DNA of 64,000 nucleotides from Monocercomonoides exilis PA203 (Eukaryota; Protista; Preaxostyla): contig LSRY02000041.1 of NCBI GenBank assembly GCA_001643675.2, positions 186,001-250,000 on the forward strand. The letters run 5' to 3'. Of this stretch, positions 33,681 through 46,147 are shown one piece after another. Both the position numbers and the translations under genes were made by a program. The notes under the pieces are model-generated. The model saw only the letters and a list, made by a program, of their open reading frames with translations, was not told the origin of the DNA and searched no databases. Every line of letters starts with the position of its first letter. Within the stretch, counting starts at the first letter, position 1.

Positions 33681-36494
33681 TCATCTTGCTCTCTTGCTTC
33701 GGAGTCCCAATGATGTTGCAGGTCGGGTTGACCTTGTGCGAGTGGATCCAAGAGAAGAGCCAGATGCTGAAGAGTAAGAAGAAGAAGAGGTAGATGAAGA
33801 AGATGCTGATGATGCAGAAGCCGACGCAGAAGAAGTCGATGCTCCTCCTTCTGCCCCGCTCTGCTGTGCCTCTCCTGTCAGCGACGGCTTGCGCACTTCC
33901 AACACAAACGCGTTATCTGCTGGCTGTCTTCTGTTGAACTTCAAATCACTCACATCCTTCTCAGCAAACAGACGATAGACATCTTTTCTTCTCTCCTCCA
34001 TCTCCTTCTCCTGTGAAACAGTCGCTGACTCACACTCTTTCATTGTCTGCACCATAAACTTCTGATAGGTCACAACCGAATACGCTGGCGATTCTATCCC
34101 CAAATGTACATACTTCTGCAGCGTTGCATCTTCCACCTCCTTCTGATAAGGAACAGAATCCAACGCTCTGCTATTTGATGGCTCCAGCGTGCGTGTGACA
34201 AGCAGATGTCCTTTCTTCCTCCCTTGTCGTGTGCCTTCCATTGCTCCTGTTGCACCTGCCCCTCCTGCACTGCTCCCTCCATACACAGACGTCGAGGCAC
34301 GTGAAAGCCCTGCTTCTCCTCCTCCCATCTTTGAGTCATTCCCACTCGTCTGCGCAAACTCCACTCTCCTCGTCCCTGACTTCTTCTTTGCTCCTTCTCT
34401 CTCATCTGAGTTTAATGCCCCTGCTCCTCTCTCCTCTCCCCACGCTGACCCGTTCATGTCCACGTAGCTGCTGTCCATCCCTTCTGCCCCTCCACTCTGG
34501 AACGACCGCGTCTTCATCGCTCCATTCTGCCCTTGGGCAGACGTCGCAGAGAGTGTTGAGTCAAACTTCGTTGTGAAGTCATCTGGTGCCTCTTGAGGAG
34601 CACCTCCCATCAGCACATGCTCCATCCTCCGTCTGATTGGCGACACATACAAATCAGCAGAGACACCTGAGCTCATCGCTGCCTGGATGTCAATGTCATT
34701 CACATCATCTGCAGCACCTGCAACCAGCCGAGACGCCCCCAGCTCTGACACTCCCACCGTCTTCCCACCTGAAAGTGACCCTGCCCCTCCTCCAATCCCT
34801 CTGCTTCCAGCCGCACTCGTCCCGGAGAGTGTACTTGTCCCGCCGTATTTCGTCGTCCTTCCTCCAATCGACCCCATCGCAGTCGCCGGACGCTGCCTCG
34901 ACCCCACTTTCCCTGCCTGCAGCGCTGCCCGCTCTGCTGCCTGCTCTTTCTCCTTCTTCTCATCCTCCAGCAGCTTCGACTGGATAGCCGCCCGCTTCTT
35001 CGCACGCTGCCGCGCTTTCTCCCTCGCCAGCGCCATCAGCTGCGGATCCATCGCTGTCTGATCATCGTCATCGTCCATGTCATCATCGTCGTCTTCGAAG
35101 TCTGGCGGAAGCAGACTGTTTGCAGATAGCCCACTCCCAGGCTCCCCTTTCTTCTTCTTCTTTGATGCGCTTTCATCAATGAACGGAAGCTTTTTCGATG
35201 AAAACGGTGAAAACGTCGTTCTGCTGGCACGTCTTTGCGGGTCTGTGAAAAGAGATGCAAACACAGACGAAGACTTTCCTCCAACACCCCCTGCGCCATG
35301 TGTCCCTGCAGTTGCCTTCGATGCCAGTCTTGACAAGTTCTTTCCCTTCTCCTCTCCTCCTTCCCTCCCTTCCTTCATGTCAAATGACACTCCTCCAGCT
35401 CCTCCTCCAAGCCCAGCTGCAGGCGTCGCAGGAGACAGCGGTGAAACAGGCTGTCCAAACCCACTCTCATTCCGTGATTCTCCCCACGCTGTCCATGGTG
35501 TCCCACCCATTGACGAGCCAGGGCGCATCGACCGCTCCACAATTGGTGTCAAAACAGTCCCGTCTTTCATCGTTCTTCCTTCTCTTTCTTCTCCTTCGCC
35601 CAGAATCCCAGAATTCCCTTCCTCCCCATCGAAAAACATGTTCTCTGCCATCATGCTCTTCGGAGTACTCGGGACTCCTGCGTAGCTGCGCGTCTCTGGA
35701 GTGCGGCTGACTGCATTTGCAGCCATCGCAGCCATCTTCTGCTCCTGCAGAATCTTCGCCCTCATCCTGCGCCTCACCTCCGGATCATCAACAGCAATAG
35801 GCTGATCTGAACCTTCCTCGAAAAACGCTGCGAGTTGGTCTTTTGTCGATCCTCGGATACTCCCGCGTGATGTTCCTGTTGTCGGTCGAGATTTACTCGA
35901 AAAGGCAGAGCCGGGACGTTTTGATCCTGCTGATGACTGCTCGCGGTTATCAGCTGCCATAGCCCTTCTTCTCCTGGACTCCTCCTGCTCACGCATAAAT
36001 GTGGGTGGAATACTCAAATCAGATCCATATTTTAATAGTCGAATCATTGAAGAATGCGATCTGAATTGATAATTTGATAAAACTTCCGGTGAAATTTGAA
36101 GTGGCATAATTTTATCCAAATCATCATTCATCGACTTCGCAGCATCAAAATCATCTAAAATTGTCGTCATAAGTGTTTTTGTTAACTGTGAAGATTGATG
36201 CGGTTGTGTGTCGACTTTTTTCTTTGCGCTTGTCGCACGACGAGATGCAGGAGAACTATATTTGCATAAATATCAGTTAATCTGTTTTTCGAGAATAGAA
36301 TCAGAAACAAACTTTCTTCCTCCCATCATCAACGAGCTTTGATGTGATGCATTAACATAATTACTTCTTTGTCCTGTAGCTGACCCTACATATAGAAAAA
36401 AATATTAAATAGCAAATAATTGAATTCTTTAATGTATGAGTCAAATAAAAACAAAGAATAAACCTGTTTTAGGTCGCATAGAGTATGACTTCAT
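33681..36494 (-). CDS. Hypothetical Gly/Ser-rich protein with recurrent RPxS/T motifs, 3 exons
   Basis: 829-aa ORF extended by two short GT-AG introns to an ATG at 36494 (MKSYSMRPKTG...). Motifs RPGSA, RPTTG, RPGSS, RPATA, RPATS. Confidence 0.75.
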
Positions 36495-36885
36495 TCGAGC
36501 TTAATATATGATGAATTAACACGTTTTGAATTTTTATTAAAATATATTAAAAGTTATAAATTCAATAATTTTTAAAGCAAAATTTTATAAAATTTAAAAC
36601 CTTTTTCTGTCGAATATTCTGATGGTTCTATTGAATAGTCGGACATGATACGCAGACACAAACTCTTTTAATTCAAGATAAAAAATTAAACGATAGTTTC
36701 ACCACCATAACTCGTATTTGATCATTTTTTGTTTGGAAAAGACTTTTATTGGAAAATAAATTTAATACTGCATATTTATTGATTTGGCAACAATTATTTC
36801 CATTTCCTAAAAATGAAACAAATAAATACTTAAGGGAACTGAGAACTGTTTTGCTTTTTTTCAGAGAATTATTTGAAAAGAAAAA

Positions 36886-39800
36886 ATGAGTTCATCGAGA
36901 TTTGTTTTGCCAAAGCAAAAAGCTCCATTTAGGCAGGGTTAGAGGATATAATATTTTTAAAGTTGTTTGTTATTAGCATTTTTATATTTCGGTTATATAA
37001 CTCAGAAGCTCCACAATTTGGCCATGGTGACGCTGCGGATATGGAATTGGAAATGAAGTTGTTGGCTCAATTGAAGCAAAAAAAAGGTTTATATTTGTGC
37101 TATTTTATTTATTTTACATTTTTCTAGCACTTACAGAATTATCTGCAGAAAAGGGAACTGGAGCTCAAAGCGGTACAAGAAAAGTAGCTCCTTTATCTCC
37201 TTCGTCGCTCATTTCTTCTGGGCAAGCTGCCCCCCCAAAATTGACTCCTATTGCTTCTTCATCTTCGAATGGAAGTACAAGCCTTTTCGCGAAATTGGCT
37301 AATAAACAACAATCTCAGCCTCATCGCCTCGAACCATTGGATAAAAATTCAAGTAAAGATGAGCAGCCATCTTCAGCAAGAGTGACTTCGACAAAATCCC
37401 CTCCACCTGCAATTGCTTCGACAACTGCTCCAAAGCAACAATCATCACAGAATCTTGCGCATCGTTTACAAAAAGACGGAATCAGAACACAATCTTCTCA
37501 GAGCTTTTCAACGCTCCCATCGAATGCTTCACTCTCGGGCTCGCATAGGTCGTCCATGACACAACTACCCGCCAATCAATCTTCTGCTATGCAAAAGCCA
37601 GCCTTGCGCAGAACTGTAACACCTCCAGCAACTTCTCCCAGTTCATCGTCTTCAACAAAACCTGAATCAAAACCTTCTTCTCGTCCATCGACGCCTTCTT
37701 CCTCTGATTCATCTCCAAAGACTTTGCCTTCTCGCACTTCATCCTCATCTGCTTCTGCTTCTATTTCATCTTCATCCTCCTCTTCAGCCTCATCTTCCTC
37801 ATCACAGTTCATTCCACCTCCTCGTCGTCATTTGAGCAACGGACCATCTGGAAAGACCACTCCCCCAGCAATTGCATCATCTTCTTCAACTTCTTCTCTC
37901 ACTCCCTCTTCTTCCCAATCTAAGCTTCAAGCATACTTCTCATTAGACAAGCCATCTTATTCATCTTCTGCTTCATCATCATCTTCTTCCACTTCTTCTT
38001 TGTCATCCAGTGCAATTAGTGCTTCAGAAATGGACGATTATCTTCGAAATCTCCAGCAGCCACTTGTCGCTTCGAAAGACCCAAAAAGCTTTTTGAAGCA
38101 AAATCTGTTGCAATCACTGTATGATTCATCAAGGCCGTCTCAAACAGGTTATTATTTAACATATTATGATTATTATTATCACATAATATTATATTGATAT
38201 TTTTATTTTTCATTAAATTATTCACTTCCATTCATCTTATTCTCTTCGCTTCTTAATTAAAATTTACATATTTTATCAAATTATTTTCAAATGTCAACAG
38301 TCAATCAAAGTGACTCATCAACCCCTTCTTCCTCCTCTTCTTCATCTTCTTCAGACTCCTCTCTCATCACTGCCCTGTCCAAGCGCCTGCAGACAGTCGA
38401 GAGCGAACTGAAGAGGCTGCAGCTGGATGCTGATGTGCTCAAAAAGGCCAATGCAAAGCTGACAGCAGAAAGAGATGCGTTGAGAAAGGGGGTGGACAAT
38501 CCAGATGCTCTTGTAGCAATGCAGGTGTGAGGGAGATGAAGGGAAAGTGTTGAGTGTATTTTTTTTTAAAGGGAGGGAAAAGAGAAAGGAAAAGTGAGGG
38601 GAGAAGGAGAAGAATTGAGTGAGAAGAATGAGATGTTATGATTGTTCTTTTTCTTTTTTTAAATTGTTTCTGTTATTTTTCACTTATTCATCGTTCTTCC
38701 TTCATTCTGTTTCATCTTCTTTGCTGCTATTATTATTATTATCATCATTTTAGATGGAAAACAACGAGCTCCAAGCACAAATCGGTGAAATGAAGCGATT
38801 TCTGAATGATTATGGACTGGAATGGGTGGGAGACAGGCAAAGACCTTCTTCTGCTTCTTCCGTCTTCTCCACTTCAGCTCCTCTTTCTTCTTCTTCTTCT
38901 TCTGTTGGCGCTGCACCTTCTTCTGCATTTGCTTCGCCTTTCACTTCATCTGGCTCTTCTTCCTCTTCCTCTTCTTCAAGCGGTTCATCAAACAGATTGG
39001 GTCGAAAAGAAGAAGAAGAAGAAGACAAAGAAGATAACACAACACACAACACATCATCATCATCATCATCTTCTTCTTCTTCTTCTTCTTCTTCTTCGAG
39101 GCGTCTATTCACCTCAGAAGCCAAGCGCAGACAGCGTGCAGAGGCAGCTGAGACCGCCGAGTGGGGACACAGCGGAAATGTGCTCGGAGGAAATAGAGCA
39201 TCCAATGAATACACATATGGCAAGTCTAATTGTAATAGTTATAATAATAACAATAGTAATAGTAATGTTAATAAAAAGGATAATGGAGTGAACAAAGGAA
39301 AAGAGAAAGAGAAAGATAAAAGCAAAGAAGGAGAAGGAGAAGGAGAAGAAGGAGGAGTGATTCGAGACATCCGGAGCCTGTGGCGTTCGAGCAAAGAGCG
39401 CGAAGAGCAGCTGAGAGAGAGAGGGAGGATGTATCAGAAGCAGATGGAGGAGAAGTCGAAGGAAGAGGCAGAACGGCAAAAGAAGGAGCATTCGTGTGAG
39501 CCAGCCACGTTGTCTGGTGCTCCTCCTTCTTCTCCCCCTCCTGAAGAGTTCATCTTCCACATGGTGCATGCAAATGACTCTTCTTCTTCTTCTTCTTCTT
39601 CTTCTTCTTCCTCTCCTTCTCCCTCTGCCCATGTCTCCTTCCCTTTCCCTGTTCCTTCTTTCCTCTCCCGCATTCGCGATCTCAACTGCATTGCAGGCGA
39701 TGGCCGCGCCTCCATCGTCTCCCGCCCAGACGGTGCACACACATTTGCCTATTCATCCTCCGTTCCTCTGCTCCTCTTTGCTGATGGCTTCCTCCTCCAC

Positions 39801-41171
39801 TCTGGCCCTTTCCGCTCGCTGTTTGCCACCTCCCCCGCAGCTGCTGCTGCAAACATGGCGTTTCTGGCAGACATCAACGACGGGTTCTTTCCGTGGGAGA
39901 TGCACGAGACACATCCAGATGGGTGTGTGTTTGCAGTGAAGGATCACACAGAGAAGACGTTTCGTGAGTGGGCAAGGAGCGAAGGAAAGGAGGGGATAAG
40001 GAGAGGAGGAGGAAGAGGGGGAGGGGGAGAGGGAAGTGGAGAGGGAAGTGGAGGGACAGGAATGGGAGTTGGTGGAGGAAAAGGGAAAGATTGGTTGCTT
40101 TCACGAATTAAACCGGTGAAGATTGTGAATGGAGAGATTGTGCGGGTGAGGGACGACATAAAGGAGATGATGGGGATGAAGAGAAACTTGTCATCAGCGC
40201 CTTCTTCGAACAGAACATCAATCGCTGTTGGAATAAGCACAAAAACGGGTGAGAAAACGAATGGAACAAACTCAACCTCAACCTCAACCACAACTTCATC
40301 ATCATCATCATCTTCTTCTTCTTCTTCTTCTTCTTCTTCTTCTTCTCTGTTGAGCGATGGAACATGGACAAATGACAATCCATGGCCCATTCTCATTAGC
40401 AGCACTTCATCCTCTTCTTCTTCTTCTTCTTCTTCTTCTTCTTCAAGTGCTTCAGAGCCAAATGAATCTAATCTCATTCGCTTAGCTCCTACTTCACTGG
40501 GGGACAAAATGTGGAAAGAAGTCTGCAAAGCCAAACGACAAACAAGCAGAGACAGACAATCATTGGCGAAGCCATCTCAAAAATATTACTCTTTGAAAGG
40601 TATGTTGATTAATGATATGAATGTGTTGATATCTTTTTATATCTATTTTTTCCACTATTTTTTGACATGCTATGAAAAATATAAACTTTTATTTCATCTT
40701 CTTTTTTAATTCATTCTTTTTTTCTTTCAATTTCTATTTCCAATTCATTCAGATCTCCTCTCCTCCTCCTCCTCTTCTTCTTCTTCTCCGTCTGATTGTA
40801 TCTCTCTGATCATCCGCAGTGAAGACGACCCACTTCCCATCCTCTTCTGCCTCTCTCCTTCTGACCCACTCTCCACCATCACTGCTGTTCTCACTGGAAA
40901 ATCCTCAGCTGTCCAGCGTCCAACATCATCGTCTTTGCCACTCCATTCAAAAAAAGAAGGAGCTTCATCATCATCTTCTTCCTCCTCCTCCTCCTCTTCA
41001 TCTTCATTTGCACATGCAGACATATCAGAGATGAGCCAGATGAAGTCGCCAGTTGTGCTGTTTTCGCCTTCTTTGAGGAAGTTTTTTGACACAAAGCTCA
41101 AACAGAAGATGTCTGTCAGAGACGCCAAGCTGGAGCAGATGTCGGTGCTGATTGCACGACGCAATTTTTAG
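36886..41171 (+). CDS. UBXN11: UBX domain-containing protein 11 (Socius): coiled coil + SEP + UBX, multi-exon
   Basis: LQAQIGEMKRFLNDYGLEWVGD; SEP domain VPLLLFADGFLLHSGPFRS...FLADINDGFFPWEM..HPDG.VF.VKD; LLSRIKPVKIVNGEIVRVRDDI; last exon 40753-41171 is UBX-like. The 5' exons are less certain. Confidence 0.88.
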
Positions 41172-41462
41172 TGTTATAATTTTATTTTATTTGTTTGCTT
41201 ATTTTCATTTTTATCTAATTCCTTTCAGTTTATCTTTCTTTTTGTTGCATTGTTTGCTTATTTTATGTTTCTTTGTCTATTTAATCTGCGGTTGTGATAT
41301 TGTTTTTAGTTCTGAATTTTTATGATTATTTTGATAATACAATTTTTTTTTGTTATAAGCTTCATAGCTCAGCAACATATTGGATGAATGTCTTTTTTTT
41401 AAAAACTGAAACTCTTTTGTTGATGATGTGAAGATTAACAATTGATAAATCGAAATAAACGG

Positions 41463-41541
<79 letters not shown>
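41463..41541 (+). repeat. ~55-nt poly(A) followed by (GA)n between convergent genes
   Basis: Seen directly. Confidence 0.9.
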
Positions 41542-41800
41542 ATACAAATCTCTCGTTAACTGACTTACAACTGTGCATAAGTGTGAATATATAAAACTAA
41601 ACTCTCAAATAACTCTGTTGAAAGAAAAGAAAAAGAAAGTGAAAAACAAAAATTTTCTATCAAATAAAAAAGAAAGAAAGAAGCAGAAAGAAGCAAAAGA
41701 AAAGGCAATTGGCTGAAATAAAAAGTGAATGTTAAAAAGAAAGAAAGAAAGAAAGAAAGAAACACATTACTAAAACTATCACCATAACAACTGAAGCATC

Positions 41801-42937
41801 TCACTTCATTTCAGCCAGCCCCTCTATCGGATACTCGATTCTCTTGTGCTGTTCAAAGTAGCATGCCGTCGTGTAGCCAACGTCCTTCAGCACCTCCATC
41901 ACTCTTCCGCGGAACTCCGCGCCAACAACGTCGACGGAGTGCGCGTCTGAACCGAGCGTTATTCTCACGCCCATCTCCTTCGCCCACTTCAAGATCACAG
42001 GATCTGGATAGATCTCTGATCTCACCCCTTCTTTAACACGCCGCATCCCAGACGTGTTGATTTCAATGGGCATGTCCACAGCGTGTGCAGAAGCCAAAAA
42101 TCGTCTGATGGATTCCTCGTGGCTCTTTGGATCAAATGCATTTTGATCGTATAGCGTTTTGAAACATCTGATAACATCGCAATGGCCAACACACTTGTTT
42201 GTGTTTAATATAAATTCGAAATAAAAATAACATGCAAATACTTTACATTAAATATATTTAAGCAACACTAATTATTTCATACGTCAAATTTTCGTGATTC
42301 GCAAAGAAGTTTGCAATCATGGAAATATTGTTCAATAATATCATGATCAGCTTCTTTGCTTCCAACTGGAATTCCAAGATGTTTTAAGTATTCTCGATAA
42401 ATTGGCACTTGATGATGCATGGATCCAATTATGTAATCAAATGGCCGTGTTTCAAGAATATCCATTCCGTCCTTAATCGTTGAAAGATCATGAAAAAAAT
42501 CACTTTCAATTCCGAGATAAACTCGCTTCACTGAACCTTTATCATCTTGTTGAGCGATTTTATCTGTTTCATGTACTTCAGCTATATAATCGTCAATTCT
42601 ACCAATATCCATTTTGCAGAAATTGTGCTCGTAGCCAGCTTCGCAAAATCCATCGTTACTTTTAATTTAAAAATAGATTTTTTATAAAATATTTCAAAAT
42701 GATTAAATATTGAAATCAAATATATATATATATACTTTGTAGGAATGTGAGAAGTTATCGTAAGAATAGCTAAGCCCATTTCATTTCCTTTTTTTAATAT
42801 TTCTGCAGGAATTCCAGTGGCATGGCCTTTTAACAGCAATGGAAGTGAAGAAAGAATTTATTGTTAAAGAAATAATAATAATTTTAAAAATTCACATTAC
42901 CATCATAATAAGTATGAATGTGACAATCAGCAAGCAT
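41801..42937 (-). CDS. PHP-family histidinol-phosphatase-like (HisJ/HisK) phosphoesterase, 4 exons
   Basis: MLADCHIHT..DGHA, ITSHIP, YLGIESDF, DYIIGSMHH, VGHCD, IEINTSGMR..EIYP, ITLGSDAH; three GT-AG introns. Confidence 0.9.
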
Positions 42938-43430
42938 AAAAAATAATGGTAACAAACTATTGATCATCAAATTTTTTCTGAATGTTCATCAAATAATTTT
43001 TAAAAAATACATAGTGAGGTACTAACAAAACATATGATATAAAAAACATTTTATTCAAAATGCCCTTCCGTAAATTTTCATTTGTATTTTTTAATTACAT
43101 TTTTTGAGAATTCATTAATTGTAAATAAAGACATGTGTGACACGACATGAAACTTTTTGTTGCAGTTTGTTTCTTTAAAAAGAAAGAAAGAAAAAAAAAG
43201 AAAAAAGAAAAGATAAAAGAAGAATAAAAAAAGAAAAAAGAAGAATTAAAATTAAAAAATTAAAAAATAAAAATTAAAAATTAAAAATGAAAATGAAAAT
43301 GAAACATATTTCATTTATTTGTAAAAAAATAGAAATATGTAATCGAATGATATTTTTAATTTTTTTAAACCAAAAAATTCCAATAATTAAATTTTTGTTT
43401 TCTTCAATTCTCGAATATTTGATGATTACA

Positions 43431-43701
43431 TGGGGGAAAATATGGACTTTCAAGCTTTTTATGCACAAAGAATGAAAAAATTGTTTCACATATAACATTT
43501 TTAAACTTTCCCAGATTTCTAAATAAATTTTTGATTTCCATAAGTGAAAACAGACATCATTGATGTGATCACAAAATGTTTTGTGACCTCACATGTATTT
43601 CAATAAATAAACCCATTTTTTCATATTTTTTGATCACAAAAAGTTAATCAAAAGTGCATAATTTTTCAATGAAAATGCCAAAAGTCAAATATTTTGTCCC
43701 A
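43431..43701 (+). mobile_element. MITE family G, 271 bp
   Basis: Ends TGGGGGAAAATATGGACTTTCAAGC ... AAGTCAAATATTTTGTCCCA; CA on both flanks; alignable by eye along its length to the reverse complement of 62714-62983. Confidence 0.85.
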
Positions 43702-43707
43702 CATATA

Positions 43708-43860
43708 CAGTCAAAACCAGATATAATCTCATATAAAATTATCAACATCGGATATAGTCACATTTTTCGATGCACGATCATTTTGTCCAATTTTTCATTT
43801 ATTTTCCATCTAAAAAAAATTACGGGGATAGATATTCATAAACTCATTGATAATTATTAT
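43708..43860 (+). mobile_element. Truncated left end of a pogo-like MITE (family P)
   Basis: TA|CAGTCAAAACCAGATATAATC...CGGATATAGTCACATTTTT matches the left end at 7581; no right TIR found. Confidence 0.65.
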
Positions 43861-44899
43861 GTGTTATTTTTTCAATAGATGAAATGTGAATAAGACAATT
43901 TAATTTGAAAAAAGAAAGTTTATTTGAATTAGAGCCTTTATTTCAAATACAAACAGTTTATTCGAATTAATCAGTTTTATTTGAGAACTGAGCCCTATAT
44001 TTGAGTTTAACATAATTGTGTGAAATGCAATCAAAAAAGCGAAATAATACCGAACATTTTGATGTTTCAAATATGTTCTAAAATGAGGATTGAATCTGAT
44101 TTAAACGATTTTCATTCATTTCTAGTTATATTTTGTAAATATTCAAGGAAAATAGAAGTTTTAACGGAAAAGCAAATTTTATAGGCTAGTTGAAAAAAGT
44201 CTAATACTAATGGGAAAGTTTAACTTAAAGATAATATTTCTTTTTGAAAAATCAAAACATATGACGAACAACTGGCTTTCATATTCACTAAAATGCACTT
44301 TTGTGAAGATAAGTTAATAAGAACTTTTTTTAAAAATGAACATATGGGTCATTCTTTTTGAAAAGTCGCTACGGATCAAAAATTAATCCCATGAAAGTTA
44401 ATTAAAAACACTCCGTTACCATAATACAAATAAAATTATTAAACTTTCACAGTGATGTTTGTTGGTTCATAACAAACTTCTTTATGAGAAGAAATACGTT
44501 TTCATAAAAAATTATATATCAAAAATTTTGATCTAAATTTAAATATTAGTTTTTCAATGAAAAAGTGTTTCACTTGTTTGAACTACTTTGCAATTGTTTA
44601 TAAATGAAATGTGCAAGGTATGTTTCGATTCTTTATCCTGACAAACTTGATTTACAATGTTAATTCGTATTTTCATTTGAATAGAATTTTCCATTAACAT
44701 TGTGTACATGAACTTGACATAAATGCAAAAACTGAACACACATATTCGATGCATCTGAAATTATGATAAATTTAGTGGTTTTCATTTTATTTTAACAAAT
44801 ATATTATTTTATTTATTTATTATTCAATCATGTTTTTTGAATTGAATAGTCAACAGTTGATAGCCAACAATTGTCTTTTCAATAACAATACAAATAAAG

Positions 44900-45699
44900 A
44901 TCAGAATTCGGGAGCAATATCAGGATGTTGAAGTGTAAGTTCAGAGAATGGAGGATCGATGATGCTGTGTATTGGGAATGAAAATGAAGTGAAAGTGAAA
45001 GGTGGATCTTTTGATGGGTGCTTTTGCTCTGCAACATATGGACTTGGAGGAGGAATTCTTCTTCGATTATCGACTGGAAATCCCGATTTCCTGATTTCTT
45101 CTTCGTTTGACACAAACACAGCCAAATGGGGGAATGATATCTTTGTCATTTCACCCAATCTGGAAGAAACAGCAAAATCAGAAAACATCACATGCGTGGA
45201 AGCCTCTTTGGATTCTCTTGATAAGGTGAGAGGATATGACAATGGAAATACGAGTGCAGCCATTCCTCTGTGCATCTATCTCCTCAACCCAGAAGAAATC
45301 TTTGTGAGCAATTCTGAGGCATCCGATCATTCACATTGTGGAATAGTCCAATTCCCTTGTTTGACAATGAAGCACACCCTCACACGTTTTACAGGTGAAA
45401 AGAAAGTTGTTGTCAATGGAATGATTATGATGAGTGATGAATTGATATTTGAAGGACAGAAGCATAAAATCAGAGGAAATGATGACCAAAGTGGTTTGAC
45501 AGCCTCCGATGCAAGTTTAACACTAAACTCAGCGATGATAACAGCAGGTACTGAAACAGAATTATCAAAACTCATCTTCTCTCTTTCATATTCCCTTCCT
45601 CTTCACTCCATTTTCAATGTCTCTTCATCATCATCTCTTCTTCCTCCTCATCCCACTACTCTTCTTCTTCTATTCCAAACACAAAAATATGCACATTGA
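44900..45699 (+). pseudogene. Internal fragment of the giant surface-protein family
   Basis: GLGGGILLRL...NTAKWGNDIF...IPLCIYL...DHSHCGIVQFPCLT modules match the repeat style of 8225-18102; no signal peptide, TM or kinase part. Confidence 0.75.
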
Positions 45700-46147
45700 T
45701 CTGATAGCGAAACTTCAATACACTTGCATCCCTTTCACCATTGTTATCTCATGCAGTTGCGCCACAGCACCGTCCCACATACAGCCTACAGTATCAAAAC
45801 CACAAGTTCAGATACACTTTTCTTCTTTAACTACCATGAAATCATCATCAAGTCCATATCTTCTCTTTACAGATTCTTTTTCTTTAGAAACTCAAGAAGC
45901 ACTTTTTTCTCCGCATCCTGCGACATATTCTTCCTGTCTCCACACTCTGCCTCCAGCACCCTCCCTTCTGTTTTCACCCCACCATGAGCCCTCACTCTCT
46001 GCTGCAACACTCATTCGACTTCCAAGTCACCAAATGCACTGGATATAGAACAAACACTTTTCTCAGCAAGAAGCGTAACGTGCAAAACTGCGAAAGAGAG
46101 CTTTCACACCACAGTGCAATGCTTTATGTCCTTTTCGCACTGCCACT

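Noticed and set aside
41463-41517. Poly(A) tail of a retroposed element
   Set aside because: No recognisable upstream body or target-site duplication; it grades into (GA)n, so it is treated as a simple repeat.
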